Of a stretch of 48,467 bases of DNA, positions 41,206-48,467 are shown in pieces. Origin of the DNA: Candidatus Sericytochromatia bacterium (GTDB taxonomy: Bacteria > Cyanobacteriota > Sericytochromatia > S15B-MN24 > UBA4093); contig JAKFBU010000063.1 in assembly GCA_036676985.1 (NCBI GenBank), forward strand, positions 1 through 48,467. The letters are read 5' to 3'. Below the pieces are notes generated by a model. It saw only the letters and a program-made list of their open reading frames with translations. It was not told the DNA's origin and made no database searches. The stretch's first letter is position 1. Every line of letters starts with the position of its first letter. The position numbers and the translations under genes were made by a program.

Positions 41206-41670
41206 CTAGACGAGGGCGGCTTCCCGGACGGGAGGCACCATCGCCGTGTGCTCGCGGTGGATCGGGAACCGATCTCCCCGCTCGACGACCGTCACGCGGA
41301 GATCTTCTCCGCCGAAGGTGGCCTTGAAGTCTTCGACGACGAGTTCCGTGTCGAAGGGCAGGCAACTGAACACATCCACGAATGCGATGCCGACCGTGTT
41401 CGGATCATCCTGGCAGTGCATGTAAGGATACGTGTGGATACTGGCGTGGCTGGTAGTCAGCCCCACGATCCCCGTCACGCCGCTCTCGAGCGGATTGACG
41501 TTCACGAAATCGTGGCAGTAAGGGGGAAACAGCACGTCCATACCGAGCTTAGCAGGGAGCTCCTTGAGCCAGTTGTAAACCAACCGGAAGTCCGAGAGCT
41601 TCTCCGGGTCGCATCCGTAGGCGTCGATCGTCAGGTGCGGGCCATAGACCCCGCGAGCAAGGCGTTCCAA
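41206..41670 (-). CDS. speD: S-adenosylmethionine decarboxylase-family proenzyme (pyruvoyl-dependent)
   Basis: YGPHLTIDAYGC, GVTGIVGLTTSHASIHTYP, FVDVFSC; TTG start 10 nt after TAGGAGG. Confidence 0.82.
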   Translation of the reverse strand: MERLARGVYGPHLTIDAYGCDPEKLSDFRLVYNWLKELPAKLGMDVLFPPYCHDFVNVNPLESGVTGIVGLTTSHASIHTYPYMHCQDDPNTVGIAFVDVFSCLPFDTELVVEDFKATFGGEDLRVTVVERGDRFPIHREHTAMVPPVREAALV

Positions 41671-41851
41671 TTCAAGCAGCCCTCCTAAATCAGGGTGGTC
41701 GGCGAACCTACCGCGGGGTCCGTGACCTGGGTCATCAAAAGAGACGGCAACCGTCCTCCCGTGAGGGGTCGTCGTCGCGGTGGCGTAACAATACGCTGGG
41801 GGCATCGGCATCGTTGCCGAGGGGACGGCTCGAAAACTCGAGCAGAGCGCT

Positions 41852-41881
41852 ATTAAATCAACGTCCGGTCCCCGATGTCAA
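41852..41881 (-). promoter_or_regulatory. Sigma70 promoter of speD
   Basis: TTGACA-N18-TTTAAT with extended TG. Confidence 0.6.
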
Positions 41882-42125
41882 TCCCGTGCCGAGCCGCACC
41901 CGGCGCGGAGTTGAGCGCGCAATGACGCCCATCACGCCGCTTTCGGCGATCGCTCACCGCAGCGACGCTGGTCCAAGTTAGCGTAAAGAATTGTCAATGA
42001 CGTTGAACCGCGGCTCCTGCCACGGCGCACAGCCGTTCCTCAGCGGATTGTCAAGGTAGCGTGCCGCCCGGCGGGACGACCCTCCATCTATCGAGCCCGA
42101 CGACGCGATCTTGCGCCCGGAAGCG

Positions 42126-43073
42126 TTAAGGATTGTTGCCGGCGGCCAGGCGCTGGGCCCGGCGGGCCCGCTTCAGCTCGACCAGGTTGTACTGGTTGAG
42201 GACGATCTGGGCCCACTGGGCCGCGAAGCCATGCCAGCCCAAGCGCTCGACGAGGGCGAGCGCGGGTCTCAGCGTGCGCTCGTTCCAGACCCCGCCCCAG
42301 GTGGCGATGAAGTTGAGCACGTCGTGCAGGGGCGTCTCCTGGGTCATGAGCCGGACGTCCAGGGTCGGGTGCATCTGCAGGAAGCGCGCGGCCATGCGCC
42401 CTCGCTCCTCCTCGATCCGGCGCAGCCGGGGCAGGTCCGCCACCGTGAAGCGCGGATGGTAGTGGAAGCCCAGAGCCTCCTTGGAACGCACGATGCCCAC
42501 GCCCAGGGCCTTGAGGCGGGTGCCGAGCTCGAGATCCTCCCAGCCGTACTCCACGAAGCCCAGATCGAAGCCCCCCACCTGTTCCAGGATCGAGCGGCGG
42601 ATGGAGACGTTCTTCGTGTCGAAGAAGGCCCGCGACGGATCGAAGGGCGGGACCTTGGCCTCGGTGAGGCGCTCGAAGTCGTCCACGTTGACCGATAGCC
42701 CCTGCACGAAGACCTCGCGCGCGGGGCTCACGCGGCGGGCGGCCCGGTGGGCCTCCAGGTGCGCCCGGACGAAGCCCGGCACCACCACCACGTCCGAGTC
42801 CACGTAGCACAGGAACTCGCCGCGGGCCTCGCGGATGCCCGTGTTGCGCGCGACCGCCCGGCCCTGGTTCGGCTGGGCGACATGGCGCAGCTGCGCATGC
42901 GCCGCCTCGAGCCGTGCGAGCAGCTCGGGCGTCTCGTCGGTGGAGCCGTCGTCGATGACCAGGATCTCGTGGGGCTCCGGGGTGTCCTGGTTCAAGAGAG
43001 CGACGAGGGCCTTCTCGAGGATGGCCGCGCGGTTGTAGGTCGTGACCACGACCGAAAGGGTGGGAGCGCTCAT
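42126..43073 (-). CDS. Glycosyltransferase family 2
   Basis: SVVVTTYNR, IDDGSTD, ARNTG, VDSD, GGFD, YGWEDLELG. Confidence 0.93.
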   Translation of the reverse strand: MSAPTLSVVVTTYNRAAILEKALVALLNQDTPEPHEILVIDDGSTDETPELLARLEAAHAQLRHVAQPNQGRAVARNTGIREARGEFLCYVDSDVVVVPGFVRAHLEAHRAARRVSPAREVFVQGLSVNVDDFERLTEAKVPPFDPSRAFFDTKNVSIRRSILEQVGGFDLGFVEYGWEDLELGTRLKALGVGIVRSKEALGFHYHPRFTVADLPRLRRIEEERGRMAARFLQMHPTLDVRLMTQETPLHDVLNFIATWGGVWNERTLRPALALVERLGWHGFAAQWAQIVLNQYNLVELKRARRAQRLAAGNNP

Positions 43074-43143
43074 AAACCGGCCTTTCTGGACCGCCCCATC
43101 CTACCGCGGAGCCGCCCTGGCGCACAAGCGAGAGCCATAAAGG

Positions 43144-43230
43144 TTGGCTGCTTGCCGGAATCCTGCTACAATAGCTCTCACGGTGGCGACGGAAGTTCCG
43201 TTTGACACGGACCCTCCGGTGTGATACCGT
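43144..43230 (+). promoter_or_regulatory. Tandem sigma70 promoters of the rpmG-secE-nusG operon
   Basis: TTGGCT-N17-TACAAT (43144-43172) and TTGACA-N17-TACCGT (43202-43230), both with extended TG. Confidence 0.55.
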
Positions 43231-43334
43231 TTTTATTTGCATACGATTTCCATTCGATTAAAACTTCCTTAAGTCGCCTTCGGGTCGGGGTTTTGGTCGA
43301 GTGAATCCACGAAGTCCGGGAGTAATCTGCTACA

Positions 43335-43484
43335 ATGCGCGTTATCATTACGTTGGCCTGCACCGAGTGCAAAGAGCGTAACTACACCACGATGAAGAAC
43401 AAGAAGAACGATCCGGACCGGGTCGAGCTCAAGAAGTTCTGCAAGCGCTGCCGCGTGGTGCGTGCTCATCGGGAGACGAAGTAG
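43335..43484 (+). CDS. rpmG: 50S ribosomal protein L33 (Zn-binding form)
   Basis: [49 protein letters not shown]; below the ORF-track length cutoff. Confidence 0.97.
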   Translation: MRVIITLACTECKERNYTTMKNKKNDPDRVELKKFCKRCRVVRAHRETK

Positions 43485-43498
43485 TCCGCTGGCCCCGT

Positions 43499-43571
43499 GC
43501 GACCTTAGTTCAGTTGGTAGAACGGCGGTCTCCAAAACCGCATGTCGTGGGTTCGAGTCCTACAGGTCGCG
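43499..43571 (+). tRNA. tRNA-Trp(CCA)
   Basis: GCGACCT / AGGTCGC acceptor stem, anticodon arm GCGGT-CTCCAAA-ACCGC, T-loop TTCGAGT; canonical position before secE. Confidence 0.97.
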
Positions 43572-43698
43572 CCTCCTTCTGATACCAGTGACCGCACGGT
43601 CCACGCCTGGCAGGCCCCCAGGGGAACCTGGGAAGCTCCAGAGTGGACCGTCCGGTTTCTGGGACCAGAGGCCAGATTTCCGAGGAAGAGAGCACTCC

Positions 43699-43995
43699 GT
43701 GTCCGATCCGAACAAGACCTCCATCGAGGGACAAGAGAACCCGACCGTCGAAGATGAGCAGGACTCCAGCCTTTCGCTGAAGGGCGGCATGGCCATGCCC
43801 AGCATCGGCTGGGCCAAAGGCACCCAGAGCTTTCTGAGCGAGGTTCGCGCCGAGTTCAAGAAGATCTCCTGGCCGACCCGTCAGATGGTCATCACCGAGA
43901 CGGGCGTCGTGATCCTGGTGGTCACGTTCCTGACCCTCCTGATCGTCGCCTTAGACTGGATCTTCTCTATCCTTTCCAACCGGTTCCTGGTCTAA
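43699..43995 (+). CDS. secE: Preprotein translocase subunit SecE
   Basis: FLSEVRAEFKKISWPTR plus TM helix and LDWIF; start uncertain (GTG 43699). Confidence 0.92.
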   Translation: MSDPNKTSIEGQENPTVEDEQDSSLSLKGGMAMPSIGWAKGTQSFLSEVRAEFKKISWPTRQMVITETGVVILVVTFLTLLIVALDWIFSILSNRFLV

Positions 43996-44036
43996 GGACC
44001 GGTCCCTCTGCACGAATGAAGCATTAACGAGGACCC

Positions 44037-44558
44037 ATGAGCAGAAAGTGGTACGTCGTCAACACCTACTCCGGCTACGAGGACAAGGTTCGTGAGAACC
44101 TCCTGCGCCGGGCGGAGTCGATGGGCATGACCGACCGGATCTTCCACGTGGAAGTCCCCGAGGAGACGGTCGTCGAAATCAAGGAAGGCAAGCGCGTCGA
44201 GAAGCCACGCAAGGTCTTCCCCGGTTACGTGCTCGTCGAGATGGACATGGACGAGGCCTCCTGGCACGTGGTCCGCAACACCCCGGGCGTCACCTCGTTC
44301 GTCGGTTCGACGACCAAGCCCACGCCCCTGTCGGACCGCGAGGTCCGCAAGATCTTCAAGCGCGCCGCCACCAAGGCCAAGATCCAGATCGACCTGCACG
44401 TCGGCGAGCACGTCAAGGTCATCGGCGGCCCGTTCGCCGACTTCTCGGGCGACATCATCGAGATCAACCCCGAGAAGGGCAAGCTCAAGGTTTCCGTGTC
44501 GATCTTCGGTCGCGCCACCCCGGTGGAGCTCGAGTTCGGCCAGGTTCAAAAGGTCTAA
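44037..44558 (+). CDS. nusG: Transcription termination/antitermination factor NusG
   Basis: [48 protein letters not shown]. Confidence 0.98.
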   Translation: MSRKWYVVNTYSGYEDKVRENLLRRAESMGMTDRIFHVEVPEETVVEIKEGKRVEKPRKVFPGYVLVEMDMDEASWHVVRNTPGVTSFVGSTTKPTPLSDREVRKIFKRAATKAKIQIDLHVGEHVKVIGGPFADFSGDIIEINPEKGKLKVSVSIFGRATPVELEFGQVQKV

Positions 44559-44612
44559 ACGGACTAATCAGGCAGCCAGGGACCTGGCTGTATTCAAGGA
44601 GGTGAAACCCCA

Positions 44613-45038
44613 ATGGCGAAGAAGGTAACCGCCATGATCAAGCTGGCCCTGCCCGCAGGCAAGGCCAACCCGGCGCCCCCCGTGGGTCCCGCGCTCGGTC
44701 AGCACGGCGTCAACATCATGGAGTTCTGCAAGGCCTACAACGCGCAGACCGCGGACAAGGTCGGACAGGTCATCCCCGTCGAGATCACCGTCTACGAGGA
44801 TCGTTCGTTCACGTTCATCCTCAAGACCCCTCCGACCTCGGAGCTGATCAAGAAGGCGATCGGCGCTGAAAAGGGCTCCGGTACCCCCAACAAGGCGAAG
44901 ATCGGCACGATCACCATGGACCAGATCCGTGAGATCGCCCAGATCAAGATGCCCGACCTCAACTGCACCTCGGTGGAGTCGGCCATGAACATGGTCGCCG
45001 GCACCGCGGCGTCGATGGGCGTCACCGTCCAGCAGTAA
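44613..45038 (+). CDS. rplK: 50S ribosomal protein L11
   Basis: [26 protein letters not shown]. Confidence 0.98.
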   Translation: MAKKVTAMIKLALPAGKANPAPPVGPALGQHGVNIMEFCKAYNAQTADKVGQVIPVEITVYEDRSFTFILKTPPTSELIKKAIGAEKGSGTPNKAKIGTITMDQIREIAQIKMPDLNCTSVESAMNMVAGTAASMGVTVQQ

Positions 45039-45051
45039 CCCTAACGATTGC

Positions 45052-45084
45052 GTGGGAGGGGCCCTGCGGCCCCGTTCGCACCAC
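45052..45084 (+). promoter_or_regulatory. L1 autoregulatory binding site
   Basis: GTGGGAG...hairpin...ACCAC directly before the rplA SD. Confidence 0.7.
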
Positions 45085-45095
45085 AGGAGGAATCA

Positions 45096-45806
45096 ATGGC
45101 TAAGCTCAGCAAGCGCCAGAAGGCGATCTACGCCGAGGTCGACCTCGCCAAGGCCTACGGCCCGGCGGACGCCCTCAGCCTCTCGAAGAAGCTCGCGACC
45201 GCGAAGTTCGACGAGACCGTCGAGGCCCACTTCCGCCTCGGCATCAACGTCAAGCACGCCGACCAGCAGGTCCGCTCGACGGTCGTCCTGCCCGCCGGCA
45301 CCGGTAAGACGGTCCGCGTGGCGGTCATCGCCAAGGGCGACAAGCAGAAGGAAGCGGAAGCGGCCGGCGCCGACGTCGTCGGCGGCGAGGAGCTCATCCC
45401 CCGCATCCAGGAAGGCTGGATGGAGTTCGACATCCTGGTCGCCACCCCGGACATCATGGGTGCCCTGGGTCGCGTCGGTAAGGTGCTCGGCCCCCGCGGC
45501 CTGATGCCCTCGCCGAAGGCCGGCACGGTCACCTTCGAGATCGGCAAGGCCGTCAAGGAGTTCAAGGCCGGTAAGGTCGAGTTCCGCGCCGACAAGCAGG
45601 GCATCGTCCACGTGCCCATCGGCAAGGCCTCGTTCGCGCCCGAGGATCTCGGCCGCAACTTCGGCGCCCTCATGGACGCCATCAACAAGGCCAAGCCCGC
45701 CGCCGCCAAGGGCACCTACGTCAAGAGCGTCTACGTGACCTCGACCATGGGCCCCGGCATCAAGCTCGACACCGCGCGTGTCAACGAGGCGATCGCCCAG
45801 GCCTAA
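45096..45806 (+). CDS. rplA: 50S ribosomal protein L1
   Basis: [29 protein letters not shown]; ATG after AGGAGG. Confidence 0.98.
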   Translation: MAKLSKRQKAIYAEVDLAKAYGPADALSLSKKLATAKFDETVEAHFRLGINVKHADQQVRSTVVLPAGTGKTVRVAVIAKGDKQKEAEAAGADVVGGEELIPRIQEGWMEFDILVATPDIMGALGRVGKVLGPRGLMPSPKAGTVTFEIGKAVKEFKAGKVEFRADKQGIVHVPIGKASFAPEDLGRNFGALMDAINKAKPAAAKGTYVKSVYVTSTMGPGIKLDTARVNEAIAQA

Positions 45807-45849
45807 GGCCAATTTGGGAAGCAGGGACCAAAATTCCTGCTTCCTAACC

Positions 45850-45878
45850 TTGCCTTAACCGGCCAAGTGCCGTATAAT
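45850..45878 (+). promoter_or_regulatory. Sigma70 promoter of rplJL
   Basis: TTGCCT-N17-TATAAT. Confidence 0.75.
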
Positions 45879-45911
45879 AGGCAGACAATTGAATCGAAAC
45901 GTGTCTCCCAC

Positions 45912-46052
45912 GCCCAAGACAGCAGGGATCCCCCCGGGGATTTAATGGTCTACCCCCTGCCGAGGTAGCGGATGAGCTTCGACCCAGAGTTTCCCTTCAG
46001 TGGGACCCTTTCGGACCGGGCTCCTGCCTCCTCAGGCGGGAGCCCGGTTCGC
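45912..46052 (+). ncRNA. Ribosomal protein L10 leader
   Basis: CCAAGACAGCAGG...TTAA...CCTGCCGAGG core followed by a GC-rich hairpin upstream of rplJ. Confidence 0.8.
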
Positions 46053-46087
46053 TTCTCGAAGCTCACCCGAAGGAGGTGAATACAACA

Positions 46088-46621
46088 ATGCCGACAAAAG
46101 AGAAAAAGCAGCAGACCGTCGCCGAGCTGCGGGACATCTTCGACCGCGCCCAGGTGGCGATCGTCACGGATTACCGCGGTCTGACCGTCAAGGAGATCAC
46201 CGACCTCCGCCGCCGCCTGCAGAAGGTGGGTGGTGAACTGACCGTCTCCAAGAACACGCTCATCGAGCTCGTGACGCGCGACAACGATCAGTGGAAGGCC
46301 ATGGCGCCTTTCCTGGCCGGCCCCACCGCGCTCGCGATCGGGTTCGACGATCCCGTCGCGGCCGCCAAGGCCGTCGCGGACTTCGCCAAGGAGAAGCGCA
46401 AGGTCGAGATCAAGGTCCGCGGTGGCGTGCTCGAGGGTAAGGCCCTCAGCGCCGATGCCGTCAAGGATCTGGCCAGCATGCCGAGCAAGGAGGTCCTCCT
46501 GGGCCGCATGCTCGGAAGCCTGCAGAGCCCCGCTCAGAACTTCGCTTCGGTGCTCTCGGCCGTCTCGCGCAACCTCGTCTACGCCGTGGACGCGGTCCGT
46601 CGCCAGAAGGAAGGCGCGTAA
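46088..46621 (+). CDS. rplJ: 50S ribosomal protein L10
   Basis: DYRGLTVKEITDLRR, KNTL, GPTALA, LASMPSKE. Confidence 0.97.
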   Translation: MPTKEKKQQTVAELRDIFDRAQVAIVTDYRGLTVKEITDLRRRLQKVGGELTVSKNTLIELVTRDNDQWKAMAPFLAGPTALAIGFDDPVAAAKAVADFAKEKRKVEIKVRGGVLEGKALSADAVKDLASMPSKEVLLGRMLGSLQSPAQNFASVLSAVSRNLVYAVDAVRRQKEGA

Positions 46622-46688
46622 GCGCTGCTTCCCCCAACCAAGTTGTATCAGCCGGAGAACCGGCCCACTTTATAAGGAGAACACGTAA

Positions 46689-47075
<387 letters not shown>

Positions 47076-47097
47076 TCCGAACCCGCCCAACGGCTTG

Positions 47098-47127
47098 CGA
47101 CACCCCCGGCTCCGGCCGGGGGTGTCG
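47098..47127 (+). terminator. Hairpin after rplL
   Basis: CGACACCCCCGGC-TCCG-GCCGGGGGTGTCG; weak U-tract. Confidence 0.6.
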
Positions 47128-47212
47128 TCCGTTCGGAAAGCGCCTCGGCAGCAGGTTCGACCAGGCCCGAGACGGCTTTCGACGCGCGGCGGGCTTTGTT
47201 AGAATGGATCGC

Positions 47213-48298
47213 ATGATGCGCGCACCGTGGCAAACCTGGCTGGATCAGAAGGCGGAGCTCTCGGGCTACGCCGATTGGGACGCGCTGTGCGCCGCGGCCG
47301 GCCTCAAGCCGGGCTGCGGCCGGGCGTTGTACCGGGAGGTGACGGCCGGCGCCCTCGCGGATTTCACCGCCTCCGCCACGCTCAGCCCCGACCAGGCCGC
47401 CGCCCTCTCGGAGCGCGGCTTCAGGCTCCAGCACCTCGAGCCCACGGTCCTCCAGACCTCGGAGGACGGCCAGACCACCAAGGGGCTCTTCAAGCTGCGG
47501 GACGGCCTCGAGATCGAGTCGGTGTTGATGCGTCACCTCGGGCGCCGGTTCACCGTCTGCGTCTCGAGCCAGGCCGGGTGCGCCTACCGGTGTGCCTTCT
47601 GCGCGACGGGACAGGCCGGCTTCAACCGCCACCTCAAGGCGGCCGAGATCCTAGACCAGGTGCTGTTCTTCAACCGGCAGCTCGCCGCCGAAGGCGCGCG
47701 CGTCACCAACATCGTGTTCATGGGCATGGGCGAGCCCTTCCACAACTACGAGGCGGTGCTGCAGGCGGTGCGCCTCCTGTGTGACGAGGCGGGTCTCTCC
47801 CTGGGCCGCCGGCAGGTGACCATCTCGACGGTGGGCCTCGTCCCCGAGATCCGGGCCTTCGCGCGCGAGGAGATCGCCGTCAGCCTGGCCATCTCGCTGC
47901 ATGCCCCCACCGACGAGCAGCGCAGCCGCCTGATGCCCGTCAACGATCGGTATCCCCTCGCGGAGCTGATGGCCGCATGCCACGACTACGCGACCGCCAC
48001 GGGCCGCCGCATCTTCTTCGAGTACCTGATGCTCGCGGGCGTCAACGACCGGGACGAGGACGCCCAGGCACTCGCGGGGCTCATGACCCAGGGCGATTAC
48101 CACCTGAACCTCATCCCGTACAACGCGACCGGCGCCGAGCTCTCCGGCTCGGCCGACGAGCGGGTCCGCGCCTTCCAGGCCATCCTCAAGGCGCACGGGG
48201 TGCCGACCACGGTGCGCACCCCCATGGGGCGCGACATCACGGCGGCATGCGGCCAGCTCCAGGCCGAGACCCAGCCCCGGGCAAAGTCCCTCCGATGA
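47213..48298 (+). CDS. rlmN: RlmN/Cfr-family radical SAM RNA methyltransferase
   Basis: CVSSQAGCAYRCAFCATG, MGMGEP, ISLHA, EYLML, AACGQL; start 47204 or 47213. Confidence 0.9.
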   Translation: MMRAPWQTWLDQKAELSGYADWDALCAAAGLKPGCGRALYREVTAGALADFTASATLSPDQAAALSERGFRLQHLEPTVLQTSEDGQTTKGLFKLRDGLEIESVLMRHLGRRFTVCVSSQAGCAYRCAFCATGQAGFNRHLKAAEILDQVLFFNRQLAAEGARVTNIVFMGMGEPFHNYEAVLQAVRLLCDEAGLSLGRRQVTISTVGLVPEIRAFAREEIAVSLAISLHAPTDEQRSRLMPVNDRYPLAELMAACHDYATATGRRIFFEYLMLAGVNDRDEDAQALAGLMTQGDYHLNLIPYNATGAELSGSADERVRAFQAILKAHGVPTTVRTPMGRDITAACGQLQAETQPRAKSLR

Positions 48299-48467
48299 GT
48301 GACGCCCATTCCGGGCCGATCCTCGTCAGCGCCTGCCTGGTGGGAGAGCGCTGCCGTTACGACGGCGGCGGTTTCGACGGTTACCCGGACCTGCGCCGCA
48401 TGGTGGCGGAGGGGCGGGCGATCGCCGTCTGCCCCGAAGAGCTGGGTGGCCTTCCGACCCCGCGCCC
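48295..48467 (+). CDS. DUF523 / 2-thiouracil desulfurase family protein, partial
   Basis: ILVSACLVGERCRYDG...VCPEELGGLPTPR; ATGA overlap with rlmN. Confidence 0.9.
   Translation, partial: MSDAHSGPILVSACLVGERCRYDGGGFDGYPDLRRMVAEGRAIAVCPEELGGLPTPR

Noticed and set aside
43462-43698. N-terminal extension of SecE in the ORF track
   Set aside because: Overlaps rpmG and tRNA-Trp; not credible as coding

Overview
A 48.5 kb, GC-rich bacterial chromosome segment. Gene order and sequence suggest a non-photosynthetic relative of Cyanobacteria such as Sericytochromatia. This is an inference from secE-nusG-rplK-rplA-rplJ-rplL not being followed by rpoB, a cyanobacterial-type tRNA-Trp and a DUF4912-GH57 pair. 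In order, the window holds: (1) a divergent type IV pilus locus (PilQ secretin, six pilin-like genes, PilC with a duplicated N-terminal module, apparent PilM-PilN and PilO-PilP fusions, PilB); (2) DUF4912, GH57 branching enzyme, a KGG protein, an AroK-AroB fusion and tRNA-Gln; (3) a gyrA / stand-alone MshEN / PP2C / soluble kinase-NHL operon; (4) two paralogous ~1100-aa IPT-NHL lipoproteins; (5) panB, gdhA, mtnA, miaB, a C39-like peptidase, a eukaryote-type UDP-sugar pyrophosphorylase and two paralogous lipoproteins; (6) two SpeD homologues and a GT2; (7) rpmG-tRNA-Trp-secE-nusG-rplKAJL, rlmN and a partial DUF523. The most notable items are a SpeD paired with an apparently catalytically dead paralogue (prozyme-like), an unannotated ~290-nt structured transcript carrying a 10-aa ORF, a ~45-nt sRNA candidate, structured leaders on gdhA and speD, a tRNA-Gln with A1-U72, and two families of palindromic repeats. 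No CRISPR array, rRNA or transposase was seen.
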